From Bacteroidales bacterium UBA4333 (GTDB taxonomy: Bacteria > Bacteroidota > Bacteroidia > Bacteroidales > Paludibacteraceae): a stretch of 64,000 nt of DNA. The DNA lies in contig DGTP01000014.1 in assembly GCA_002394335.1 (NCBI GenBank), forward strand, positions 88,138 to 152,137, given 5' to 3'. Both the position numbers and the translations under genes were made by a program. Shown here in pieces: positions 10,338-20,237 of this stretch (positions within the stretch are counted from its first letter, which is position 1; every line of letters begins with the position of its first letter). The notes under the pieces are model-generated. The model saw nothing but the letters and a program-made list of their open reading frames with translations. It was not told the DNA's origin and made no database searches.

Positions 10338-12536
10338 TCAGTTTCCGAGGTCGCAGTGGAATTTGATTCTTACAAGGCGGACATGAATGGGGTCGTAGTC
10401 GTCTTCGCCCAGTTCGTTCATCGCCAGACGGAGGTTGTCGTTGTCGGCTGAACGGAAGTAATCATATATCTCCTCTTTCTCGTCGGGGTCGATGACCTCG
10501 TCGATGAAGTAGTCGATATTGAGTTTGGTGCCGGAATAAACGATGGCTTCGATCTCGGAGAGCATTTCCTCCATCGACATTCCTTTGGACTCCGCCAGTT
10601 CGTCGAGTTCGACGCGGCGGTCGATAGCCTGAATGATACTTATTTTTCGTGTAGAGTCCTTGGCAACAGTACGGACGCGCAGGTCTTCGGGGCGGATGAT
10701 TTCGTTCTCCTCGACGTACTCTTTGATGATCCTGAGGAACTCGTCTCCGTACCTTTTGGCTTTGCCGACACCCACTCCCGGAATATTCTGCAACTCTTCC
10801 ATGGTGATAGGATAGGTGGTAGCCATGGCTTCGAGGGAGGGATCCTGGAAGATGACGAACGGCGGTACGCCTTGCTGCTTGCTCATCTTTTTGCGCACAT
10901 CTTTGAGGATGGAGAAGAGAACATCGTCGGCTGCTGCGCAACCGCCTACCATGCCTTCCATCATATCGTCTTCGTCCTCGTTGTGCACCTCGATCTTGAC
11001 CTCAAAGGTCTTGGGGCGTTTGAGGAACTTCTTGCCTTCGGGCGAGAGTTTGAGGACGCCGTAGGTCTCCACTTCCTTGGTGAGATACCCGTTGAGTCGT
11101 GCCTGACGGATGATAGCCAACAAGGTGTTCTCGTCTTCGTCTTCGGCGGCACCGTAGTTCTCCAGTTCATCGTGATGGTAACTGGCGATCTCGGAAGTCA
11201 TGTTACCGTGGAGGATATCCACGATGTGTTCGGTTTTGAATTTCTCTTTGAGTTCGACGATGGTCTCAAGAATCAACTCGAGCAGCTCGGTAGCATCGAT
11301 GGTATGGTAGGTCTTCTTACAGTTGTCGCAGTTGCCGCAGTTGGGTTCGTTGTACTCCTCTCCGAAATAGTTGAGCAGGAGCTGACGCCGGCAGTTGGTG
11401 GACTCGGCATACGCCTGTGTCTCGAAGAGCAGCTGGTTGCCTATCTCCACTTCGGCTACGGGTTTGCCTTGCTGGAATTTGCGAAGTCTCTCCAGATCTT
11501 TTGGAGAATAGAAACAGATGCACTGTCCTTCACCTCCGTCCCGTCCTGCGCGGCCTGTTTCCTGATAGTAACCCTCAAGCGATTTCGGAATGTCGTAGTG
11601 GACCACAAAGCGCACATCGGGTTTGTCTATACCCATTCCGAAAGCGATAGTGGCTACAATGACCTGGCATTTCTCCATGAGGAAGGCATCCTGGTTGGCC
11701 GACCGGGTAGCAGCATCCATGCCTGCGTGGTAGGGCAGGGCGGCGATGTTGTTGACCTGCAGGGTCTTCGCCAGATCCTCCACCTCCTTGCGCGCCAGAC
11801 AATAGACGATACCGGACTTGCCATCCATCGTGCGGATGTACTTCACCAGGTCTTTGTCCACATCGGCGGTTTTGGGACGCACTTCGTAGTACAGGTTGGG
11901 GCGGTTGAAGGAGGACTTGAAGACGGTAGCCTCCATCATATCGAGGTTCTTCTGGATATCGTGCTGTACTTTCGGGGTGGCGGTGGCTGTGAGGGTGATG
12001 ATAGGCGCTTTTCCGATGCGCGAGACCATAGAGCGTATCTGCCGGTACTCAGGACGGAAATCGTGTCCCCACTCGGAGATACAATGTGCTTCGTCCACGG
12101 CATAGAAGGATATCTTCATTCCTTTGAGGAAATCCACGTTCTCCGGTTTCTGCAGCGACTCCGGCGCGAGGTATAGCAACTTGGTCTTGCCGCTCTGCAC
12201 ATCGTCTTTCACCTGATGGATCTCCGGCCGGGAGAGCGAAGAGTTGATGAAATGGGCGATGCCGTCCTCCTCCGAGAAGGTGCGCATGGCGTCCACTTGG
12301 TTTTTCATCAGCGCGATGAGAGGCGAGACTACGATAGCTACGCCGTCCATCAGGAGTGATGGCAGCTGGTAGCAGAGACTCTTGCCGCCACCTGTGGGCA
12401 TGAGTACGAAGGTGTCCTTCCCCTCCATGAGGTTGGTGATGATAGCCTCTTGGTTCCCCTTGAAGCTGTCGAAGCCGAAATAATGTTGCAGGGCTTCGAT
12501 GAGTTGTTCATGTAGTGTGTTTTGCTTTTCAGCCAT
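10338..12536 (-). CDS. recQ: ATP-dependent DNA helicase RecQ
   Basis: LMPTGGGKSLCYQLP, DEAH box AVDEAHCISEWGHDFRP, zinc-binding CRRQLLLNYFGE...CGNCDNC, and an HRDC-like C-terminus. Start moved to MAEKQNTLHEQL (ATG 12536): the 86 upstream codons of the tracked ORF are low-complexity and cover the promoter region. Confidence 0.9.
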   Translation of the reverse strand: MAEKQNTLHEQLIEALQHYFGFDSFKGNQEAIITNLMEGKDTFVLMPTGGGKSLCYQLPSLLMDGVAIVVSPLIALMKNQVDAMRTFSEEDGIAHFINSSLSRPEIHQVKDDVQSGKTKLLYLAPESLQKPENVDFLKGMKISFYAVDEAHCISEWGHDFRPEYRQIRSMVSRIGKAPIITLTATATPKVQHDIQKNLDMMEATVFKSSFNRPNLYYEVRPKTADVDKDLVKYIRTMDGKSGIVYCLARKEVEDLAKTLQVNNIAALPYHAGMDAATRSANQDAFLMEKCQVIVATIAFGMGIDKPDVRFVVHYDIPKSLEGYYQETGRAGRDGGEGQCICFYSPKDLERLRKFQQGKPVAEVEIGNQLLFETQAYAESTNCRRQLLLNYFGEEYNEPNCGNCDNCKKTYHTIDATELLELILETIVELKEKFKTEHIVDILHGNMTSEIASYHHDELENYGAAEDEDENTLLAIIRQARLNGYLTKEVETYGVLKLSPEGKKFLKRPKTFEVKIEVHNEDEDDMMEGMVGGCAAADDVLFSILKDVRKKMSKQQGVPPFVIFQDPSLEAMATTYPITMEELQNIPGVGVGKAKRYGDEFLRIIKEYVEENEIIRPEDLRVRTVAKDSTRKISIIQAIDRRVELDELAESKGMSMEEMLSEIEAIVYSGTKLNIDYFIDEVIDPDEKEEIYDYFRSADNDNLRLAMNELGEDDYDPIHVRLVRIKFHCDLGN

Positions 12537-12579
12537 ATATAAATAATGTGTTGTATTCTCACAATCTGAAATCGGACTG

Positions 12580-12610
12580 CAAAAGTACGAAAAAAAAATG
12601 ACATATGCAA
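12580..12610 (-). promoter_or_regulatory. Bacteroidetes-type promoter for recQ (-33 TTGCATATG, -7 TACTTTTG)
   Basis: The minus strand reads TTGCATATGTCATTTTTTTTTCGTACTTTTGCAG, about 45 nt upstream of the recQ ATG. Confidence 0.55.
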
Positions 12611-12708
12611 GCGTATCGGCATTTTTTTGTGTTTTTTTCGTTTTTAGGGGGAGAAGAGTGGCAAATAATCGAAAAATTACGAAATATTTCGAAAAAAAGT
12701 AAAAAACT

Positions 12709-12740
12709 CTTGCGTATGTCAAAAAAAAGCAGTAATTTTG
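12709..12740 (+). promoter_or_regulatory. Bacteroidetes-type promoter for the MFS/SusC locus (-7 TAATTTTG at 12733-12740)
   Basis: cttgcgtatgtcaaaaaaaagcagtaattttg. Near-identical cassettes occur at 22041 and (minus strand) 54476-54514. Confidence 0.6.
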
Positions 12741-12764
12741 TCGGCGATTTTGATAAAAATTACT

Positions 12765-14111
12765 ATGAATAAACGCAACTTGTCTTTCGGACAACTATTC
12801 AATTTAAGTTTCGGTTTCTTTGGCGTGCAGATAGCTTATGCGCTGCAGAGTGCCAATATCTCGCGTATCTTCGCTACGCTTGGTGCTGACCCTCATACAC
12901 TGAGTTTCTTTTGGATTCTGCCTCCGCTGATGGGTATGATCGTTCAACCTCTGGTTGGCAAGTATAGTGACAAGACCTGGACGTCGATGGGTCGCCGCAA
13001 GCCGTATCTGCTGGTAGGTGCGCTTATTGCAGTGGCTGTGATGCTGCTGTTGCCCAATGCGGGTAACTTTACGTTCACCCAGTCGGTTTTCCTGGGACTC
13101 AATGCTGCCATGTGGTTCGGGTTGTTCAGCCTGATGTTTCTTGATACGAGTATCAACATCGCCATGCAGCCGTTCAAGATGATGGTGGGTGACTCGGTGA
13201 ACGAGGAGCAGAAAGGTACCGCTTATGCGATCCAGTCGGCGTTGTGTAACGCAGGATCGGTAGTGGGATACCTTTTCCCGATCTTCTTCACGTGGATAGG
13301 TATCGCCAATACGGCTCCCGAGGGTGTTATCCCTGACAGTGTCAAATGGTCGTTCTATGCCGGCGCGGCAATCCTGATTCTGTGTGTGCTCTATACCTTT
13401 ATGACGGTGAAGGAGCTGAATCCTGAGGAGTACGCAGAGTTTCACGGGATCTCGGAGAAGTCTGATGCTTCGGACAAGTCGGAGGAGAAAGGTTTTGTTA
13501 CGCTGTTGAAAGAAGCGCCTTCGGCATTCTGGACTGTAGGTCTGGTACAATTCTTCTGCTGGGCGGCGTTCATGTATATGTGGACTTATTCCAACGGTGC
13601 TATCGCTACGTTGTGTTTCGGTTGGGATGGCGTGAATGCCAAGGATGTGGCATTCCAGGATGCCGGCAACTGGGTTGGCGTAGTGTTCTGTATCCAGGCT
13701 GTAGGATCGCTTTTATGGGCAATGGTTCTGCCGCTTCTTGAGAAATGGACGGGCAACAAAGGCGCGTACGCCATTTCGCTTGTTGTAGGTGCCGTAGGAT
13801 TTATATCGGTCTTTTATGTTACGAACCAATGGGTTCTCTTTGGCTCGTATGCCTTGATAGGTGCTGCTTGGGCAGCTATGCTGGCGTTGCCGTTTACGAT
13901 TGTGACGAATGCTATCAAGGGCGGTAATATGGGTTATTACCTTGGTTTGTTCAACTGTACGATCTGTGTTCCGCAGATTGTGGCAGCACTCTGCGGGGGA
14001 CTACTCCTTCAATATGTATGTGCAGGCGCGCAAGCGGGTATGCTTGTAGTAGCAGGTGTGCTTCTGCTGATAGGCGCGGCAGCCGTGTTCCTGATTAAAG
14101 AAAAAGAGTAG
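12765..14111 (+). CDS. MFS permease, glycoside/sugar:cation symporter (SLC45/GPH-like)
   Basis: About 12 TM helices. N-terminus FGFFGVQIAYALQSANISRIF...VGKYSDKTWTSMGRRKPYLLVG resembles sucrose/maltose-type MFS carriers. ATG 12765 was chosen downstream of the promoter box. Confidence 0.75.
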   Translation: MNKRNLSFGQLFNLSFGFFGVQIAYALQSANISRIFATLGADPHTLSFFWILPPLMGMIVQPLVGKYSDKTWTSMGRRKPYLLVGALIAVAVMLLLPNAGNFTFTQSVFLGLNAAMWFGLFSLMFLDTSINIAMQPFKMMVGDSVNEEQKGTAYAIQSALCNAGSVVGYLFPIFFTWIGIANTAPEGVIPDSVKWSFYAGAAILILCVLYTFMTVKELNPEEYAEFHGISEKSDASDKSEEKGFVTLLKEAPSAFWTVGLVQFFCWAAFMYMWTYSNGAIATLCFGWDGVNAKDVAFQDAGNWVGVVFCIQAVGSLLWAMVLPLLEKWTGNKGAYAISLVVGAVGFISVFYVTNQWVLFGSYALIGAAWAAMLALPFTIVTNAIKGGNMGYYLGLFNCTICVPQIVAALCGGLLLQYVCAGAQAGMLVVAGVLLLIGAAAVFLIKEKE

Positions 14112-14179
14112 CACGAACCGTATTCCGCTATTTTGGAAAATTCTTCTGTCTTAAATAACAACAAACAAAATAATCTATT

Positions 14180-15142
14180 ATGAAAAACAAATCTACAATT
14201 CTGATTATGGCATTGGCCGTAATAGCAGCCTTTACCGGCTGTAAAAAGAATGAGATTGACATTGAAACTGAACTGGAGGAACTCTCGGAAGAGACGTTCC
14301 AGAGTTTAGAGTATTGCAGCCACGTGGATGTGAATGGCTACAATATGAATGTCATTCAATTCCATTTTAATCATGCTGACAACACAGTGGAGAAGGTGAC
14401 CTTCTCTTTTGGAGATGGCGTTCCTGCTACGTTTGAGTCGAAGACTTATTCGTTTGTATGGGACGACTTTACAGATTCTAAGTTAGGCAGAAAAGCGCGT
14501 CTCGTCGCTGGAGATGACGTGCTGAATCTCCTCTATCTGAACAATATCTTCACGCTCTCCGATACAATCCGGATGACTGAGAAGGAAGCACTTGCTGATA
14601 TTGCCTCTTCCATTTCTTCGAATATTGCTAACTCGGACTGGGCTGCCTATGATCCCGTATATGTGATGCAGGATCATTGGACCATGGATACAACCTGGTA
14701 TGAGACCCATCGTCAGGGAAAGAAGATTATCGTGGATACGATTACCGGACGCTTCAAACATAAGGAGAAAATTCCTGTAGGTATTGCTTCCCAGAAGATT
14801 TCGTATCTTCGCTTCTATGATGATGCTTCGCATAGGAAGACCTTGGCTTGGTCCAAAGGCGAGCAGGTGAATATTGTTACACCCGATACCTTGATCTTGC
14901 CGCAAATGCAGGACGCTACCAAGAATGATACGATCATCACATTCTCTATAGTGGAAAACCCTGCCACCCGCATCTTGGCGGATTCGGCTGATCATTGGAG
15001 TCTGGCAAAGGTCAAAGATGGCTCGTTTGAAGTGAAATGTAAGCGTGTCAATGCCAACGCAGATGAGACCTTGCAAATGTCCGCTTGTACAGATAGCACA
15101 TTCACGCTGGACAACGCGATTTATCATAACCTGAAAAAATAA
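14180..15142 (+). CDS. Lipoprotein of unknown function (first gene of the Sus-like block)
   Basis: Lipobox ALAVIAAFTGCKK. I recognise no family motif. Confidence 0.6.
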   Translation: MKNKSTILIMALAVIAAFTGCKKNEIDIETELEELSEETFQSLEYCSHVDVNGYNMNVIQFHFNHADNTVEKVTFSFGDGVPATFESKTYSFVWDDFTDSKLGRKARLVAGDDVLNLLYLNNIFTLSDTIRMTEKEALADIASSISSNIANSDWAAYDPVYVMQDHWTMDTTWYETHRQGKKIIVDTITGRFKHKEKIPVGIASQKISYLRFYDDASHRKTLAWSKGEQVNIVTPDTLILPQMQDATKNDTIITFSIVENPATRILADSADHWSLAKVKDGSFEVKCKRVNANADETLQMSACTDSTFTLDNAIYHNLKK

Positions 15143-15148
15143 TACTAT

Positions 15149-18100
15149 ATGAAAAACGATATATTCAATCTTCGCACGCTGCTGATGTCTTGTCTCCTCT
15201 TTGTGGGACTGTCAGCATTCGCTCAAGTCTCGGTTTCGGGTGTTGTTACCGATGCAACTAATGGAGAAGCGATCATTGGTGCCTCCATCCTTGAAGTAGG
15301 TACTACCAATGGTACTATCACCGATTTTGACGGAAATTTCGAACTTAAGGTGAAATCCGGAGCCAAACTCTCTATCTCCTATATAGGTTATAAGACTCAG
15401 GAACTGGTTGCTGCTCCGAATATGAAGATTCGTTTGAGCGAGGACTCCGAGTTGTTGGAAGAGGTTGTCGTAGTTGGTTATGGTGTAGTGAAAAAAAGTG
15501 ATGCTACAGGTTCCGTAACTGCGATTAAACCCGATGATATGAACAAAGGTCTTACGACCAACGCCCAGGATATGATCCAAGGTAAGATTGCCGGTGTGAA
15601 TGTGGTGGCTGCCGATGGTACTCCTGGTGGTGCCGGCTCGATCACTATTCGTGGTGGTGCTTCACTCAACGCATCTAACAGCCCGCTCATCGTCATTGAT
15701 GGACTCGCTATGGATGAGAATGGTATTCAAGGAGTCTCAAACCCGCTCTCTCTGGTCAACCCGAATGATATCGAGAGCTTCACAGTCCTTAAGGATGCTT
15801 CCGCTACCGCTATTTATGGTAGCCGTGCTTCGAACGGTGTCATCCTCATCACTACTAAGAAAGGTTCGAAAGGTAGCAAACCCAAAGTAAGCTACGCAGG
15901 TAACCTTTCTATAGGAACTCTTACCAACCGCACGCAAGTGCTTACTGCGGATCAGCTTCGCGGATATGCAACTGCTTTGGGTCACAACGAGGAAAAAACG
16001 AATTCATTAGGAACGGCAAGTACCGATTGGCAGGACCAGATTTATCGTACCTCGATCTCTACCGACCATAGCATCTCTATCATGGGTGGCGTGAAGAACA
16101 ATATTGTGGACATGCCGTATCGTGCATCGGTGGGCTATACGCTCCAGAATGGTGCAATCAAAACCTCCCAGATGCAGCGTGTTACCGCTTCCTTGAATCT
16201 CAGCCCGTCCTTCTTGGATAACCACCTCGCATTCAATATCAATACCAAGGGTATGTATATCTACAACCGCTATCCTGCAGGCGTTGTAGGAGCAGCTCTT
16301 TCCATGGATCCTACCATGCCCGTTAGAGGTGGAGCGGTAAATGCCAATGGAGATGTGCTGGTGCCGCAGAACGTGCTCGACAACTGGTTTGACGGCTACT
16401 ACCAGCGTATTGTTACGCCTTCCGGATATAACGATGATGCATGGCCTTATACGATGAATGCACAGACTACCGGTAACCCGGCAGCTGCTTTGGCTCACAA
16501 GAATGACCGTGCGAATGCTGGATCGTTCGTGGGAAATGTCGAGGCGGACTACAAGATTCACGGTTTCGAAGATCTGCATATCCATGCTAATTTCGGTGCA
16601 GACTATTCCTATGGAAAGCAGAAAACGACTTTACCTGTTTACAGCTATGACAACCACTATTTCGGCTGGGATGGCTGGAGCGATATGAGCAAGTACAACC
16701 TCCAATTCTCCGCATATGCCCAATACGGACATGACTGGGAGGATGCACACCAGCATTTTGATGTGATGGTAGGTTATGAAAACCAGTATTTCTACCGCAA
16801 AACGAAGAGTGATGGTTCCGGTTTCTACCAGAGCACGAATAAGGATGCTTCACTGGCCGGCACTCCGTATAACAGATATACCAATACATATATTACGGAT
16901 AATGCGCTGCAGTCTGTCTATGGTCGTGTGAACTGGAATGGTTGGGATCAGATCCTGGTTACCGCCACCTTCCGTGCAGATGCTTCATCCCGTTTCGCTA
17001 AATATAATTCGAAAGGACAAAATGCGCGTTGGGGTCTCTTCCCCTCTGTAGCACTCGGTTGGAAAATCAAAGAGACTTTCCTCAGGGATGTGAATGCAAT
17101 CAATGATCTGAAACTCCGTGTAGGTTATGGTATCACCGGTCAGCAGAACTTGGGTGTGGACTACTATTACCTGCCGACTTATACCACATCTCAAGACCAT
17201 GCGTATTACCCCGTTCTGGACGGTGGAGAGGACAATCCTCTGTACGCAGGTACAGATGCTAATGGCAACGCAGTCTATTACACCAGCCGTCCGGGCGTCT
17301 ATAATACGGACTTGACTTGGGAGAAAACATATACAAGCAATGTCGGTATCGACTTCGCGTTCCTGAACAACCGTATCAATGGTAATATCGACTACTACCA
17401 CCGCCGTACCAAAGACCTGCTCAGTACGGTCAATGTTTCAGCCGGTTCTAACTTCAAGAACCAGATGCTGGGTAACATCGGTAGCCTCTACAACCAAGGT
17501 GTTGAGTTCGCTATCAATGCGGTACTTGTTGATACGAAGAATTTCAAGTGGGATTTGGGCTACAACGTAGCTTGGAACCAAAACAAGATTACCCAGTTGT
17601 TGTCTGACGATCCTGACTACTTTGTACCGACAGGCGGTATCAGCTCCGGTACCGGTAACACGATCCAGGCGCACAAAGTGGGTGAGGCGGCTTATTCCTT
17701 CCTCGTTTATGAGACAAAGACTATAACCGATGAAGATGGTGTGACGCGTCATTATTTCATAGACCGCAACAAGGATGGTCAGATCAACGACAATGATAAG
17801 TATATCTACCACAATCCTGCAGCACCTGTTACTATGGGTCTGCAAACCAAGTTCCAATTCTATGGCTTTGACTTGGGTATCACATTCCGTGCTAATATCG
17901 GAAACTATGTGTACAACGACGTCTTGGCAGGCAACTTGCAATGGGTGGAGGCTGATAAGGTTTATCAGAACCAGAACGGCGGTTATCACTCTGTCTTGAC
18001 TTCTGCCTTTAGCTGCTATTATGGAGACGACATGCGTAGTGATGATATACGCACATATGTTTGGAACGAGGCAACACAAGCCTATGAGGTTGGCACGGAT

Positions 18101-18364
18101 TCAAAGGGAGCAATAGTAAAGAACTCCAACTGGTACGCTTCTGACTTCTTTGTTGAGAAAGCTTCTTTCCTGCGTATTGATAACATCACACTCGGTTATA
18201 GCTTCAACAAGACGAAAGTACAGGGACGTGCTTACGTCACCGTATCGAACCCGTGTGTGTTCTCTACATATAAAGGACTCGACCCTGAGGTCGCAGGCGG
18301 TATTGACAATAACATCTATCCCCGTAGTATGACTACCGTGATGGGTATCAGCCTTCAGTTCTAA
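15149..18364 (+). CDS. SusC/RagA-family TonB-dependent outer-membrane transporter
   Basis: 1071 aa. Signal peptide, carboxypeptidase-regulatory-like VSGVVTDATNGEAIIGASI, TonB-box-like EEVVVVGYG, plug and barrel, C-terminal ...MGISLQF. Confidence 0.92.
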   Translation: MKNDIFNLRTLLMSCLLFVGLSAFAQVSVSGVVTDATNGEAIIGASILEVGTTNGTITDFDGNFELKVKSGAKLSISYIGYKTQELVAAPNMKIRLSEDSELLEEVVVVGYGVVKKSDATGSVTAIKPDDMNKGLTTNAQDMIQGKIAGVNVVAADGTPGGAGSITIRGGASLNASNSPLIVIDGLAMDENGIQGVSNPLSLVNPNDIESFTVLKDASATAIYGSRASNGVILITTKKGSKGSKPKVSYAGNLSIGTLTNRTQVLTADQLRGYATALGHNEEKTNSLGTASTDWQDQIYRTSISTDHSISIMGGVKNNIVDMPYRASVGYTLQNGAIKTSQMQRVTASLNLSPSFLDNHLAFNINTKGMYIYNRYPAGVVGAALSMDPTMPVRGGAVNANGDVLVPQNVLDNWFDGYYQRIVTPSGYNDDAWPYTMNAQTTGNPAAALAHKNDRANAGSFVGNVEADYKIHGFEDLHIHANFGADYSYGKQKTTLPVYSYDNHYFGWDGWSDMSKYNLQFSAYAQYGHDWEDAHQHFDVMVGYENQYFYRKTKSDGSGFYQSTNKDASLAGTPYNRYTNTYITDNALQSVYGRVNWNGWDQILVTATFRADASSRFAKYNSKGQNARWGLFPSVALGWKIKETFLRDVNAINDLKLRVGYGITGQQNLGVDYYYLPTYTTSQDHAYYPVLDGGEDNPLYAGTDANGNAVYYTSRPGVYNTDLTWEKTYTSNVGIDFAFLNNRINGNIDYYHRRTKDLLSTVNVSAGSNFKNQMLGNIGSLYNQGVEFAINAVLVDTKNFKWDLGYNVAWNQNKITQLLSDDPDYFVPTGGISSGTGNTIQAHKVGEAAYSFLVYETKTITDEDGVTRHYFIDRNKDGQINDNDKYIYHNPAAPVTMGLQTKFQFYGFDLGITFRANIGNYVYNDVLAGNLQWVEADKVYQNQNGGYHSVLTSAFSCYYGDDMRSDDIRTYVWNEATQAYEVGTDSKGAIVKNSNWYASDFFVEKASFLRIDNITLGYSFNKTKVQGRAYVTVSNPCVFSTYKGLDPEVAGGIDNNIYPRSMTTVMGISLQF

Positions 18365-18413
18365 TAGGTAAGAGGATTTATAGAATAAGGAAAACTAAAA
18401 ATTAAATAGCTTT

Positions 18414-20135
18414 ATGAAATACACAAAAATATTCTTTGCTGCCTTATTAGGTATAGGAATGACAGCGTGCTCGCTCGATAGAACTCCGCTGGATCCTAAC
18501 ACGGACACTAAGTTTAATAAAGATGCTGTGTTCGCTAAATGCTACGCTACCTTTGGTGTCACCGGGCAAAAAGGACCGGACGGCAACGGAGATGTGGATG
18601 GCATTGACGAGGGTACATCTTCCTTCTATCGTATGTTCTGGGAACTGAATGAGTTCTGTACGGACGAAGGTTGGTGGATCTGGAACGATGTGGGATTAGC
18701 GGATATTCGTACCCAGACATGGAGTTCGAGCAACGACTTGGTATATGGACTCTATTCCCGTCTGAACTTTGATATTACGCTCTGCAATTCGTTCTTGGAT
18801 AAGACTACCGAATATACGGATGATGAGACCTTGGCGCAACGCGCAGAAGTGCGTATGCTGCGTGCAATCAACTTCTACTATCTTCTGGATATGTTCTATC
18901 GCGTGCCGTTCTCACTGACCGTTTCGCCTAACAAACCGATGCCGACTACGCGTCAGGAGTTGTTCGCTTGGTTAGAGAAGGAATGTCTGGAATTGGCTTC
19001 CGATCCGCATATTATCCAAGCCGGACAGAGAACCAACAAATACCGTGTTGATCAGGCTTGCGCATGGTTCCTGCTGATGCGTCTTTACCTCAACGCAGAG
19101 GTATATAATGAGTCCACACTCGGAGCTCGCGATGGCGAAGCACGCTATGCGGATGCAAAGCAGTATGCAAAGAAACTGATGGATAGCTCCTATAAACTGC
19201 ACGGCTATGACAAATCTGCGAAGGCTGCCATCGACTTGGCTAAGGAGCGTACCGCAGACCATGTGTACTACTCGGCTTACCAGCAGCTCTTCATGGGCGA
19301 TAATGATAATAACGGAGCACAGGATGAGGCTATCTTCATGATCTATCAAGATGCCATTCATTCCCAGAACTGGGGTGGTTCACGTTTCCTCGTTAGTGCT
19401 GTCCGCGATGCAGACTACGTACCCTTCGGTTCGTCGGATACATGGTCGTGCTTCCGTTCTTCGCCTGAGTTCGTATATTACTGGGTGGACAGAACCAAAG
19501 CTTCCTCTATCTCTCTGAATGAGTACCAGATGCCGGTTGCTTTAGGAGATGACCGTGCTATCATGGCTTCCAGGACAACCGCCGGAAAGAAGATGTCATT
19601 GACCGGTAATGAGGCTGCTGATTTCTATGCTTCATGGTCGGTTCTTAAGTTCACCGGAGTATATTCTACCTCCGAGACTACCATTCTGAAGGATGTCAAT
19701 GGAAATGACTCGGTTGTTGGTGCTCCGTGGAATTGGGCTTCGCCTGTTGGCGAACCGAAATGGCCGGATACGGATATTCCTTTGTTCCGTCTGGCAGAGG
19801 CTTATATGACTTATGCCGAGGCTTGCTTCCGTACGGGTGAAATGGCTCCCGCAGTAGAGGCTGTAAACTGTTTGCGCCGTCGTGCCAATGCGCCGGAGAT
19901 TACCACGCTGGACGAGGAAACATTATTGACCGAGTGGGCAAAAGAGTTCTGGTGCGAAGGACGCCGCCGTACCGACTTGATCCGATTCGGACAATTTGCC
20001 GGCCCGTCGGCTACCATGACCTGGGAAGGACACAAGGCAGGCAAGGATGCCAAATATAATGTCTATCCTATTCCTGCTAAGGATGTTACCGCCAATGAGA
20101 ACCTGAAAGGTCTCAATGAAGAAATAGGCTACTAA
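18414..20135 (+). CDS. SusD/RagB-family nutrient-binding lipoprotein
   Basis: Lipobox GIGMTACS. It lies directly after SusC, is 573 aa, and has the typical LRAINFYYLLDMF and EFWCEGRRRTDLIRFG segments. Confidence 0.9.
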   Translation: MKYTKIFFAALLGIGMTACSLDRTPLDPNTDTKFNKDAVFAKCYATFGVTGQKGPDGNGDVDGIDEGTSSFYRMFWELNEFCTDEGWWIWNDVGLADIRTQTWSSSNDLVYGLYSRLNFDITLCNSFLDKTTEYTDDETLAQRAEVRMLRAINFYYLLDMFYRVPFSLTVSPNKPMPTTRQELFAWLEKECLELASDPHIIQAGQRTNKYRVDQACAWFLLMRLYLNAEVYNESTLGARDGEARYADAKQYAKKLMDSSYKLHGYDKSAKAAIDLAKERTADHVYYSAYQQLFMGDNDNNGAQDEAIFMIYQDAIHSQNWGGSRFLVSAVRDADYVPFGSSDTWSCFRSSPEFVYYWVDRTKASSISLNEYQMPVALGDDRAIMASRTTAGKKMSLTGNEAADFYASWSVLKFTGVYSTSETTILKDVNGNDSVVGAPWNWASPVGEPKWPDTDIPLFRLAEAYMTYAEACFRTGEMAPAVEAVNCLRRRANAPEITTLDEETLLTEWAKEFWCEGRRRTDLIRFGQFAGPSATMTWEGHKAGKDAKYNVYPIPAKDVTANENLKGLNEEIGY

Positions 20136-20141
20136 TTGTGT

Positions 20142-20177
20142 TTCCGATAGCCGCCTGCAACATGGTGGCTGTCGGAA
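20142..20177 (+). other. Intercistronic 14-bp hairpin between the susD-like and next gene (no U-tract)
   Basis: ttccgatagccgcc / ggtggctgtcggaa pair with two G-U wobbles and an 8-nt loop. Confidence 0.5.
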
Positions 20178-20237
20178 AACCAATAGCATAAACACTTTGT
20201 TTAACTAACTTTATTAACCAATTTAATTAACACAATT

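Noticed and set aside
12537-12794. 86-codon 5' extension of the recQ ORF.
   Set aside because: The extension translates to Phe/Tyr/Lys-rich nonsense and covers the divergent promoter cassettes. The conserved RecQ N-terminus starts at MAEKQ.
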